From positions 26,400,001 to 26,464,000 of the forward strand of contig CP068257.2 of NCBI GenBank assembly GCA_009914755.4: 64,000 nucleotides of DNA, read 5' to 3'. This stretch comes from the human T2T-CHM13v2.0 reference genome, Homo sapiens. Shown piece by piece: positions 40,216 to 52,176 of the stretch. Below the pieces are notes generated by a model. That model saw nothing but the letters and a program-made list of their open reading frames with translations, ran no database searches and had not been told where the DNA came from. The number at the start of each line of letters is the position of its first letter. Position 1 is the first letter of the stretch. The position numbers and the translations under genes are program-made.

Positions 40216-41796
40216 GTTTTTGTCATTCATACATAAATCAGATTTTATGCTATGCACAAGTGTGAGTCAATGATTTAGAACCAAAAGCGGGCTGTTTACC
40301 CTATAAACGTAATAATACATCAAGAAGTGTGTTAACAAACTTGCATTTTCCTTGGTATAATAAGTGTTGGTGCTTCTAGTCAATTCTTTAGGAATAATGT
40401 CTTGAGCATAGTAGCTTTTGTTTTTGAGTATTTTATGTCAGGGGCTCTGGGTAGCTCTTTTTTAATGAACTGGCTATACCAGAAATATTAGTACTAAATA
40501 AATAATCATATAACTTAAAAATTTATTTGTCATACCTCTAATTCCTGGTTAGAATAAAAGTGTTTATAAAATTAAAGGAGCATGTGTTATTATTCCTTTT
40601 CATTTATTCGTCTACCAAGACACTTATTTTAGTGTGTTTCCCATAAAGTCAATTCACACGAAATTTGGCATCAGCATAATTCTGATCATGATTCTGAAAT
40701 TTGCTTTATAAATAAAGTACTATCAATCATACTCCCAAATTTTAGAAGTAAAAAAAAAAAAGAAAGCTTTACTTGTTTTTCATATGCTGATAAACAGAAT
40801 TAGATTTGCTTGCAATGACAGCTCAGTATAAATTGTATAAAGGATACCAAATATAGTTACTGGCCTTGTTGAGTTTAAAACCTAATTAAGAAAAATTATG
40901 CAAGCTATTTAAAATTGCCAACAGAGAAAAAATACATTTGAGTTTTAAGGGATTCAATTTAGAGCACAACATGATTTAATTTAGAACACAAAACTTTAAA
41001 ATGCGGTCCTTAATTTCTCCATGTACTATGAGAGGGAAATTCTGTTATGAACCATGTCCACAGATTGCTTTTAAATAAACAATTTTATAATGTATGTGGG
41101 TGAATGAGTCCTCTTTAATGGCCACCATTTCCGCTATATTTAATTAAATTAAAGCAGAAAAGAATACATGCTTTTACTCATAAACCACTATCTGTGTTAG
41201 TAATAGTAGGAGATAAAAATAACCCCAAACAATAGCTGGTAGATATCCTTTAACATCTATTATAAACATAATTTTATATTTGAGAGAAAGGAGACACCAC
41301 TGACAGATTTTTTGCTTGGAGAAAAATTAAAGGTTTTGTTTTGCCTGTATGTTTATTTATTTGGTTTGGTTTTGATTTTCCCTTCAGGTAATATATAACT
41401 AAGGATGTGTACTAAAGGTCTACTAAAATTTTATCTAAAATTTTGTAAAAGATACACTCAATATGTACATAAGAAGTACCTGACCTGCAGAAAAAAATGT
41501 ATTAATTAATTAGTGTGATATTTTAAACTGAGTTTTCATAACATTAAAACATAAAAATTGAGAGCAAGAATAGTACTTACAGTTTTGCTAAAGGTTATTT
41601 TACAGTTTTTAGCCAGTAAAATTGAATCACTTAGTGCCCCGAAAGCAAAGAGTAATTTGCAAATCTCCTATGGGAGTATAAATTCATTGAAAGGAAGACC
41701 ATGTCTCTCTCATTCACCTTTGAATGCTTGATAACTATGGTAGTGTCTGGCCCCCACCAGGGGGGCTGTTGAGACTCAACAGACACCACAAAGAAC

Positions 41797-41800
<4 letters not shown>

Positions 41801-41847
<47 letters not shown>

Positions 41848-41857
41848 GCACATACAC
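41801..41857. repeat. (CA)n microsatellite, ~21 perfect units then degenerate
   Basis: Direct reading. It generates the HTHTHT/CVCVCV stretches in track ORFs at 41631-42212. Confidence 0.95.
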
Positions 41858-43677
41858 ACAAGTATTTGAATCTTTTTTTTTTCCTGAGTTTTTTGGTCAC
41901 ACACATGATGAAGGCAAATGCTGCAATAATTTCCATGTTGGCTGTCTTCACCTCTCAATTTATCTTTACTTTCCTCACTTAGCTAACTCTATTCACCTTT
42001 CAAGGCTCAGCTCAAAGCATTACATCCTCTGGGAATCCTTGCCTGTTTCATGTATTAGTAGTATACATGGGCTGTCACTCAAAGACTTCTCTGGCAAGTC
42101 CTTTTATCATGGCTCTTCTCTGACCGCATTTTTCATATCTCCTTCATCCTCCTCCGAGCTATGTGAGAGCAGAACCCAGTCTAGTAATCTGAACTTCGAT
42201 GCTGTGTCCTGAGCTAATAACTTATTAGAAATCTTAAACATGCTTGAAAAGTAAATAAACTAGTGAAGCAGTTAAATAAATATGTACAATCATGTTTTAT
42301 GACTTAATTATTTCATTAATTCCCAAATGAAAAGGGAGCATTACTCTCGGGAAAGATGTTTGCTGAGTAGTGGGAGGAATCATCTGTACAACTTCACCCC
42401 CAAATCATTGTCTCTATTTAGACATGTTCCCATGGAAAATATGGTATATGTGTAAAGGAGACATTCATAGAGGGAAAAACCATGTTGCATATAACTGGTT
42501 TAGATACTCAGGAAAAAAAAAAAAAGAAATGAGTGGAAATTCTCCCAACAGTCTTCCTACGAGTCTTCCCCATGAAAATCAGATTAAACTTGTAGTTTTT
42601 ATTTTAATTTTATAATTTGCTGAGTATATTTCTTATTAGCATATTCTGAACAATTCCTTAGCTTAGAATTCACTTTATTTGTTCACTACTGTTTTTAGAT
42701 ATCAAAACTGGATTGATATTTCAGGTTTTTCTGTCCTTTTGCCAACCTTTACATCACATCATGTTTGTTACTGAACAGAATATACGACTTTTTACAGAAT
42801 GGAGGCCCCATAAGGCCAACATTTGTGTCCATTTCGATCATTGTATTTCTAGTGCCTAGAACATTTTCTGAAACATAGTAGTAACTCAGTAAATATTTGT
42901 TGACTAAACTAATAGATTTAAAACCGAACAGTCACTGTAATATTTTTTCTATTACATCATGTATATAACAACATTTTAAGCTTTTTAAGATTGTATTATT
43001 TAAACTATTTGATTAAAGGAAATTCAAATGCTAGCAATTCTGTACCTTTTGGCTAACAGAATGTACCCGATCATTCGTACTTAATTTATACAAACCTTAG
43101 TTCAGTATTAACAACTTTATTTTTAAAAAGTAAATCATGAAATGTTCAAGACATGCAAAATCTATAAAAAGTGATGCAACAAATACCCATCTACCTACTT
43201 AGATTAATTATTTAAAATATTGTCTTCTAATAGAATTAAACATTCTATGTCACCTTTCCACACTACTTTCTCCAACATAAACACACACTATTGTGAATCT
43301 GGCAATTTTCATGTTCATGCATTTCTTTATAATTTCATATCATCACATCTATCCTCAATATGTGATATTGTTTATAGCTGTGGTTCTCAATGGATGATCC
43401 ACAATTCAGCAGAATCATCATTACCTGGGAACTCATTGGAAATACAAATTTTTAAGCTCCACCTCAGATGTACCACATCAACTCCAGGGCTAGAGCTCAG
43501 CATCTGTGTGATTGCAATGCATGCTGAAGTTCAGAAACTCCTGGTGTATAGCAACACTTTGAGTCTAAGTAACATCAGAGTCTCTGTTCTAGCAGAAATA
43601 GCACTTATTTGTGACATCTATTGATCCATTTCCTTCTTGCTATATTTTTAAAAAGAATGAACCTCACAGCACGTTTT

Positions 43678-43977
43678 TGTTTTTGTTTTCCTGAGATGGA
43701 GCCTTGCTCTCTGTCACCCATGCTGAATTGCAGTGGTGCAATCTCAGCTCACTCCAACTTTCGCCTCCTGGGTTCAAGCAGTTCTCCTACCTTAGCCTCC
43801 TGAGTAGCTAGGATTACAAGCACCCATCACCATGTCCAGCTAATTTTTTTTTTTTTTTTTAGTAGAGACGGGTTTCACCATGTTGGCCAAGATGGTCTCA
43901 ATCTCTTGACCTCGTGATCCACCGGCCTTGGCCTCCCAAATTGCTGGGATTACAGGCGTGAGCCATGGTGCCTGGCC
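43678..43977 (-). mobile_element. Full-length Alu (AluS-like)
   Basis: A T-rich tail is followed by a dimeric Alu with an internal poly-T linker of 18 nt. A TSD acagca[c/t]gttttt lies at 43665-43677 and 43978-43990. Confidence 0.9.
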
Positions 43978-44680
43978 ACAGCATGTTTTTTAATTTTTAA
44001 ATTGGAGGGATTGTTTCTTTATCAATTTATTATGATCTAATTTAAATACTCCTTTTAAAATACTTGGCTGATTCTCAAGTTGTAGTACATCAAGTAAGCA
44101 TTTTAAAATGTCTTCTAATTTGACCATTCTACTCATAATCTTTATAATTATGATGAAAAACACAAGTCACTTGTTCAGTCATATCACAGCTTTCTTAAGA
44201 GATGAGGAAACAAACTTCTCAGGACAATCTCTTTGACCAGCTTTTCTCATTGGTGAAACAAAATGAAAGATTTCATTTCCATTTTTAATAATTTTGTTAT
44301 TTCTTTTGCAAGTGATTGAAGCCAAGCAAGTTGCTAGACATGTTGTCACAAACAAGTTTCTGGCCATTTTGTAAAACAAAAAAAAAAGGACAGAAGTGCC
44401 CCAAATTCACCTTTTCTATCACCGGTCATGTCTTTTTTCATGTCCCTCTTAAATTAAAAATACATAGGAGGATGAAATTCCCTGCCTTTTGCTTGGAGGC
44501 ATCATATTTTATGATTCTGTCCTTTTAATGCTTTGCATTTTCTCTCTGGGCAGAGAATTATATGAATCGATCGAAAGCAACTGCGATGATTCTTTTATAG
44601 TTTATTATAGAATAAAAAATCCTTTTGAAAGTAAAAGAAAGTGTACTTAAATGGCAACTGGTAACATTGCTGACACTTTT

Positions 44681-44900
44681 CCAACCTCTACCTCCTGGGT
44701 TCAAATGATTCTCCTGCCTCAGCCTCCCAAGTAGCTGGGATTACAGGCAACCGCCACCACGCCCAGCTAATTTTTGTATTTTTGGTAGAGACGGGGTTTC
44801 ACCATGGTGGCCAGGTTGGTCTCAAACTCCTGACCTCGTGATCCACCTGCTTTGGCCTCCCAGAGTGCTAGGATTACAGGCGTGAGCCACTGTGCCCGGC
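44681..44900 (-). mobile_element. Alu lacking its 3'-terminal ~60 bp and poly-A tail, yet flanked by a 10-12-bp direct repeat
   Basis: The Alu sequence runs from ccaacctctacctcctgggttcaaatgattctcctgcctcagcctcccaagtagctgggattacaggc... to ...gtgagccactgtgcccggc. The direct repeat (gc)tgacactttt lies at 44669-44680 and 44899-44910. Confidence 0.8.
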
Positions 44901-45454
44901 TGACACTTTTCTATACTGATAGGAATCTTCATGATCAGATGTTGTCAAATACTTTTAAAGTTTATATATAACATTGTATTAATTAAATCATTTCAAGAGG
45001 CTGTACCTACAAGCATGTCTATAAGGACAATGGTCACATTAAACTCAAAACAGAGAAGAAATTTATTTACACTTGGGTGTATTCTAAGTAGACTATAGTA
45101 GGCCAAAAAAATTCAGAAGATAAGCTGACATAGTACGGACTCTGGAATGTGTCAAACATCTACTCTCGTAAACACACAGACTTTCAGGTAGGAGATATAA
45201 ATTTCTCTCTCTGCTATGTCTATTATCTTGCCAAACAGCCCACTTAGTTGCATAAGCCCCTGCACTCTGCAGACAGCTTTTAAAAGAAACCTAGAGTATG
45301 TTGAAGTTCAGCTGTATCACTAACATTTCCATCACTTTTTTGAACTACAGCTTTAATTTTCACGACTCAACATAGAATCAGAATATACAAAAGAAGTTAA
45401 GACAACACAAAGTAACAGCAGTAATGTCAACAACATTTATACATGATAGATTAG

Positions 45455-45468
45455 ATAGACAGACACAC

Positions 45469-45520
<52 letters not shown>

Positions 45521-45545
45521 GAGATAGGTAGATGGATGGATAGAT

Positions 45546-45604
<59 letters not shown>

Positions 45605-45615
45605 GGGATAGATAT
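45455..45615. repeat. (GATA)n microsatellite in two blocks, ~16 and ~15 units, with GATG/GGATA variants
   Basis: Direct reading of the sequence. Confidence 0.95.
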
Positions 45616-45639
45616 GATAGATAAGATAGATAGATGAGA

Positions 45640-45795
45640 TAGAGAGAGAGGGATGGGATGGGATGGGATGGGATGGGATGGGATGGCATGGGATGGCATG
45701 GGATGGGATGGGATGGGATGGGATGGCATGGGAGGGGATGGGATGGGATGGCATGGGATGGCATGGGATGGGATGGGATTGGATGGGATGAGATG
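45640..45795. repeat. (GGATG)n pentameric minisatellite, ~30 units with GGCATG/GGAGG/GAGATG variants, contiguous with the (GATA)n
   Basis: Direct reading. It produces the 92-159 aa track ORFs (PSHPIPSHP.. and SIYLSIYL..) at 45378-45857, which are artefacts. Confidence 0.95.
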
Positions 45796-46639
45796 AGATG
45801 AGATGTATGTATATGACTCTGTTTTGCCTCGTCTGAAAAAGATGATCGCTCAGTCATGAAGCATTTATACTTCTGGTATTCTTAATATCAGAAGAATCCC
45901 ATTAATGGCAATTAGATCAGAAAAACAAATACTCCTCTACCTGGATCCATACTTTCTGTATGATTTGGTTTGGTTTTCTGCCTCACTCCATGGCCAAGGT
46001 GCTAATTATGACTGATATGTGGCTCTAAAGGAGGAAAGGTGGCTACCATAAATTACATAAGCATAGAATTAAATAAATTATATTTTAAAAAGGTAAGAAA
46101 GACTCAAACTCATCATGTTCTAATTATTTTACTATACTTTATTATCTGTGTTCTTGAGGTTATGACTATCATATTCATGTGCCACAGTACTTTTTAAAAT
46201 TTTGCATTCAGTGGCATCGTGTTGGTAGCTCGAAAGTGACCATATTAGAGAAATTTACACCACAAAAATCAGCAAATGCAACCTGTCAGAACTCCCCTTA
46301 CTATATCGCCCCCTACATACATTCCAGAGAGCCTACTGTTTAACATTCACCAGCACATTATGACAAAGGATCAAAGCCAAGAAAGAAGTTTCTGGAAATT
46401 TGTAATGAACTCTAAGCCCAGACAAAGAAGCCCAATATTCTGCCAGAATAATGAAGAAAATAACATCAATTTGATTGATGTCCTCCTGGGTGACTTCTGA
46501 GAGAAGCTCAAACTATTTTGATTCATTTAATAAAAAATAGTTAACACATAAAGAAAAGTATAAGGATATTATAACTAAGCACCTTTTATACACCATATAA
46601 ATTTTACAAATATTTGTTACTATATTTTATTTAAAAACT

Positions 46640-47900
46640 ATATATGAGACCTCAAAAAGTTCATGGAAAAATATAATTAAAAGAATAAAAAATATAAATA
46701 GTATTTTTCTACATAAGCTCCAACAAATTCAAAATAAGTAAGTGATACCAGTGATGATACCAGCCATTTAGTCCATTCCTAAGAAAGTGAGTCCTGAGAA
46801 TATAGTTATGTCAATGCCGTCGTTTCTCCATTATTAACTGAAGAAAAATTGGTGCCCTTTAAAGGTTTTTTTAATATTTTGAAACACAAAGAAGGAACCA
46901 ATCAGAACTGTAATGCGGATGTCTAAAAATTTCCTATGAAAATACTCATAAAATTGCCCTTGTTCAATAACAGGAATGGGGCAGGAGGATTGTCGTGGTG
47001 GAGGAGGGCTCTCTGGTGAAGGTTTCCCGGGCGCGGGGGTGGTTTCTGCTAAAGCTTTGGCTAATTTTCTCAAAAACACTCCCATAATAAGCAGATGTTA
47101 TTGGTTTTTGGCCCTCCAGAGAGTCAACAAGCAAAATGCCGTAAGAATCTCAAAGAAATCTTTTGCCATGAGTTTTGCTCTTGACCAGCCCAGTTTGGCT
47201 TTGAACAGACCAATTCTACCTCTTGGTGGTAGTTGCTTCAATTGTGTTCTGTCTTCAGGATCATACTGGTAAAGCCATGTTTCATCTCCTGTTACAATCC
47301 TTTGAAGAAATTCTTCATAATCTTGATCCCACCTGTTTAAAATTTCCATTGAAAGCTCTGCTCTTTTTTGCAGCTGATATGGGTGCAACAGTTTTGGCAA
47401 TCATTGAGTGGAAAGTTTGCTTAACTTCAATTTTTCAGTCAGAATTGTGCAAGCTGAGCCAATTGAGATGTTTATGCTATTGGCTATTGTTTCTGCTGTT
47501 AATTTCAGTCCCCTTTATTTGGGGCACAAACAAGATGAATTTTTTCCTCAAAAAATGACATGAATTGTCTGCCCCTGCAGGCTTCATCTTCAATATTGTC
47601 TCGTCCCGTTTTAAAATTAGTTTTCCATTTATAAACCACTGAATCCTTTGAGACATTGCCCCCATAAACTTTTCTTAATGTATCAATCATTTTACCATTC
47701 TTTTATACAGGATCTACCATAAATTCGATGTTTGCTCTTGCTTCAACTTTAGCAGAATTCCTGTTGCTCTGATAGGGGCTCTTTTCAAACTAATGTCTTA
47801 TCCTTCTCTTTGTGCTTCAAGCTAGATGCAACTAGATCCTGTTCAAATATGTTGTAACAGCTTAGTACAAGTTTATTTTGATGCAAAAAGTTTTTGAAAT
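46640..47900 (-). mobile_element. Mariner (Tc1/mariner) DNA transposon relic, Hsmar2-like; ends are approximate
   Basis: Minus-strand translation gives transposase-like segments. The N-terminal helix-turn-helix region at 47505-47690 reads ..YKWKTNFKTGRDNIEDEACRGR... The catalytic region at 47098-47400 reads ..ILNRWDQDYEEFLQRIVTGDETWLYQYDPEDRTQLKQ..KAKLGWSRAKLMAKDFFEI... The C-terminal part at 46834-47085 reads ..ITVLIGSFFVFQNIKKTFKGHQFFFS.. and continues to ~46700 as ..EWTKWL... Frames are broken. Confidence 0.6.
46700..47700 (-). pseudogene. Mariner transposase pseudogene (frameshifted)
   Basis: As described for the mariner relic: three successive ORF fragments in different frames. Confidence 0.55.
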
Positions 47901-48099
47901 CCATGCATAGTATTTTTTCCATAAGCTATTGGGTTACACGTGGTATTTGGTTACATGAGTAAGTTCTTTAGTGGTGATTTGTGAGATTTTGGTGCACCCA
48001 TCACCCATATATACATTGCACCATATTTGTAGTCTTTTATCCCTTGTCCCCTCCCACTCTTCCCCAAAAATCTCCAAAGCCCATTGTATTATTCTTATG

Positions 48100-51000
48100 C
48101 CTTCACATCCTCATAGCTTAGCTCCGACATATCAGTGAGAACATATGATGTTTGGTTTTCCATTTCTGCATTATATCACTTAGAATAATAGTCTCCAATC
48201 TCATCCAGGTCACTGCAAATGTTGTTAATTCATTCCTTTTTATGGCTGTGATATATATCACCATTTCTTTATCCACTCACTGATTGATGGGTATTTGGTT
48301 TGGTTCCACAATTTTGCAATTGTGAATTGTGCTGCTATAAACATGTATGTGCAAGTATCTTTTTCGAATAATGACTTATTTTTCCTCTGAGTAGATACCC
48401 AGTAGTAGGATTGCTGGATTAAATGGTAGTTCTACTTTTACTTCTTTAAGGAATCTCCAACTGTTTTCCACAGTGGCTATACTAGTTTACATTCCCACCA
48501 GCAGTGTAGAAGTGTTCCCTGTTCACCGCATCCATGCCAAAATCTTCTGTTTTTTGAGTTTTTGATTATGGCCATTCTTGCCAGAGTGAGGTGGTATCTC
48601 ATTGTGGTTTGGACTTGCATTTCCCTAATCACTACTGATGTTGAGCATTTTTTTCATGCTTGTTGGCCATTTGTATATCTTCTTTTGAGAATCATCTATT
48701 CATGTCCTTAGCCCAGTTTTTGATGGGATTCTTTGTTTTTTTCTTACTGATTTGAGTTCGTTGTAGATTCTGGGCATTAGTCTTTTGTCAGATGTATAGA
48801 TTGTGAAGATTTTCTCCCACTCTGTGGGTTGTCTGTTTACTCTGCTGACTGTTCCTTTTGCTGTGCAAAAGCTCTTTAGTTTAATTAGGTCCCAGCTATT
48901 TATTTTTATTTTTATTGCATTTGCTTTTGGGTTCTTGGTCATGAAATCCTTGCCTAAGCTGATGTTAGAAGGGTTTTTCCAATGTTATCTTCTAGAAATT
49001 TTTTTTAGTTTCAGGTCTTAGATTTAAGTCCTTAATCCATCATGAGTTGATTTTTGTATAAGGTGAGAGATGAGGATACAGTTTTATTATCCTACATGTA
49101 GCTTGCCAATTATCCCCGCACCGTTTGTTGAAAAGGGTGTCTTTCCCCACTTTATGTTTTTGTTTGCTTTGTCGTAGATCTTGGCTGTAAGTATTTGGGT
49201 TTATTTCTGGGTTCTCTATTCTGTTCCATTGGTCTATACGCCTGTTTTTATACCAGTACCATGCTATTTTGATGACTATGGCCTTATAGTATAGTATGAA
49301 ATTAGGTAGTGTGATGCATCCAGATTTGTTCTTTTGGCTTAGTCTTGCTTTGACTATGGGGGCTCTTTTTTGGTTCTATATGAATTTTGGAATTTTTTTT
49401 TCTAATTCTCTGAAGTATGATAGTGGTATTCTGATGGGGATTGCATTGAATTTGTAGATTGCTTTTGGCAGTATGGTCATTTTCACAATATTGATTCTAC
49501 CCATCCATGAGCATAAGATGTGTTTCCATTTGTTCATGTCATCTATTTCTTTCAGCAGTGTTTTGTAGTTTTCCTTGTAGAGGTTTTTTAACTTCTTTGT
49601 TGGGTATATTCCCAAGTATTTTATGTTTTTGTTTTCTTTTGTTTTGTTGTAGCTTTTGTTGTAAAAAGGGTTGAGTTCTTGATTTTATTCTCTGCTTGGT
49701 CACTGCTAGTGTTATAGGAGAGCTACTGATCTGTATACATTAATCTTGTATCCAGGACTTTGCTGGATTTTTTTTTTATCAGTTCTAGGAGGTTTCTGGT
49801 AAATGATGACATCGTCAGCAAACAGGTGACAGTTTCACTTCCTCTTTACTGATTTGGATACCCTTTATTTCTTTCTCTTGTCTGATTGCTCTGGCTAGGA
49901 CTTTGAGTACTATGTTGAAGAGGAGTGGTGAGAGTGGGCATCCTTGTCTTGTTCCTGTTCTCAGAGGGAATGCTTTCAGCTTTTCCCCATTCAGTATTAT
50001 GTTGGCTGTGGGTTTGTCATAGGTGGATTTTATTACATTAAGGTATGTTCTTTGTATGCGGATTTTGCTGAGAGTTTTAATCATAAAGGGATGTTGGATT
50101 TTGTCAAATGCTTTTACTGCATCTATTGAGATGATCACGTGATTCTTGTTTTAAATTCTGTTTATGTAGTGTATCATATTTATTGACTCCTGTATGTTAA
50201 ACCATCCCTGCACCCCGGTATAAAACGCACTTGATCATGGTGTATTCTCTTTTTGATATGTTGTTGGATTCAGTCGGCCAGTATTTTGTTAAGGATTTTA
50301 GCAACTATGTTCACCAAGGATATTGGTCTGCAGTTTTCTTTTTTGAAGATTCATTTTGGAGCTGATTTCCAGTTTTATTATACTGTGGTCTGAGAGAGTG
50401 CTTGATATAATTTCAATTGTCTTAAATTTATTGAGGCTTATTTTTATGGCCTATCATATGGTCAGTCTTGGAGAAAGTTCCATGCACTGTTGGATAGAAT
50501 GTGTGTTCTGTGGTTGTTGGATGAAACGTTGTGTATATATCTGTTAAGTCCATTTGTTCCAAGGTATAGTTTAAATCCATTGTTTCTTTGTTGACTTTCT
50601 GTCTTGATGACCTGTCTAGTGCTGTCAGTGGAGTATTGACATCCCCCACTATTACTGTGCTGCTGTCTATCTCATTTCTTGGGTCTATTAGTAATTGTTT
50701 TTATAAATTTTGGAGCTCCAGAGTTAGGTGCATATATGTTTAGAATTATGATATTTTTCTGTTGGACAAGGCCTTTTACCATTATATCCTGCCCCTCTTT
50801 GTCTCTTTTAACCACTGTTGCTTTAAAGTTTGTCTTGTCTGATGCAAGAGTAGCTACCCTGCTGGCTTTTGGTGTCCATTCACATGAAATATCCTTATTC
50901 ATCCCTTTACTTTATGTGAGTCCTTATGTGTTAGGCGAGTCTCCTGAAAACAGCAGATAATTAGTTGGTAAGGTCTTACCCATTCTGCAATTCTTTATCT

Positions 51001-51340
51001 TTTAAGTGGAGCATTTAGGGCATTTACATTCAATGTTAGTATTGAAATGTGAAGTACCATTGCTTTTGTCATGCTCTTTGTTGCCTGTGTACTTTGATTT
51101 TACTTTTTGTTTTCACTTTCTAACTTGTATTTTTGTTGTATGTGTCCTGTGTGATTTATGCTTTAAAGAGCATCTGTTTTGATGTGTTTCCAGTATTTGT
51201 TTCAATATTTAGAGTTCCTTTTAGCAGTTCTTGTAGTGGTGGTTTGATAATGGCAAATTCTCTCAGCATTTGTTTGTCTGAAAACAACTGTATCTTGCCT
51301 TCACATATGATGTTTAGTTTCACTGGATACAAAATTCTTG
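48100..51340 (-). pseudogene. L1 ORF2 (EN-RT-Cys domain) remnant with multiple frameshifts and stops
   Basis: As described for the full-length L1. Confidence 0.8.
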
Positions 51341-51353
51341 GCTAGTAATTATT

Positions 51354-52176
51354 TTATTTGAGGAAACTGAAGATAGGGTCCCAATCCCTTCTAGCTTGTA
51401 GGGTTTCTGCTGAGAAATCTGCTGTTAATCTGATAAGTTTTCCTTGATAGGTTACCTGATGCTTCTGTCTCACAACTCTTAAGCTTCTTTCCTTTATCTT
51501 AAGTTTGGATAACCTGACGACAATGTGCCTAAGTGAAGATCTTTTTGTGATGAATTTCCTAGGTGTTCTTTGTGATTCTTGTATTTGGCTGTCTACGTCT
51601 CTTGCAAGGCCAGGGAAGTTTTCCTCGATTATTCCCCCAAACATGTTTTCCAAGTTTTTAGAATTCTCTTCTTCCTCAGGTACATTAATTATTCTTAGGT
51701 TTGCTCATTTAACATAATCCCAGACTTCTTAGAAGCTTTGTTCATATTTTCTTATTCTTTATTGTCTTTGTTGGATTTGGTTAATTCAAAGACCTTGCCT
51801 TCGAATTCTGAACTTCTTTCTTCTACTTGTTCAATTCTATTGCTGAGACTTTCCAGAGCATTTTGCATTTCTAAAGGTGTGTCCAAAGTTTCCTGAATTT
51901 TTTATGTTTTTTTTTTTTCTTTAAGCTATCTATTTCCATGAATATTTCTCCCTTTACTTCTTGTATCATTTTTTGGATTTCCTTGCATTGGGCTTCATCT
52001 TTCTCTGGTCCCTCCCTGATTAGCTTAATAACTAATGTCCTGAATTCTTTTTCAGGTAAATCAAGGGTTTCTTCTTGGTTTGGATCCATTGCTGGTGAAC
52101 TAGTATGATTTTGGGGGGGTGTTGAAGATCCTTGTTTTGTCATATTACCAGGGTTGGTTTTCTGGTTTCTTCTCAT
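51354..52176 (-). pseudogene. L1 ORF1 remnant (interrupted)
   Basis: As described for the full-length L1. Confidence 0.8.

Noticed and set aside
41631-42212. 162-aa and 106-aa overlapping ORFs
   Set aside because: They are driven by the (CA)21 microsatellite, which gives the HTHTHT and CVCVCV runs. The remainder is low-complexity with no recognisable domain.
45455-45795. Regularly spaced short repeats that could superficially suggest a CRISPR-like array
   Set aside because: The period is 4-5 bp with no spacers. The context is eukaryotic (Alu, L1), so CRISPR is not applicable. It is a micro/minisatellite.
45378-45857. Three overlapping 92-159 aa ORFs with striking PSHPIPSHP and SIYLSIYL periodicity
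   Set aside because: They are direct translations of the (GGATG)n and (GATA)n minisatellite on the minus strand. Tandem-repeat artefact.
46976-47060. Locally GC/CpG-rich patch (..cccgggcgcgggggtgg..) that could hint at a CpG island or promoter
   Set aside because: It is ~80 bp, sits inside the mariner transposase relic, and the surrounding sequence is AT-rich. It is too short and too isolated to call a CpG island.
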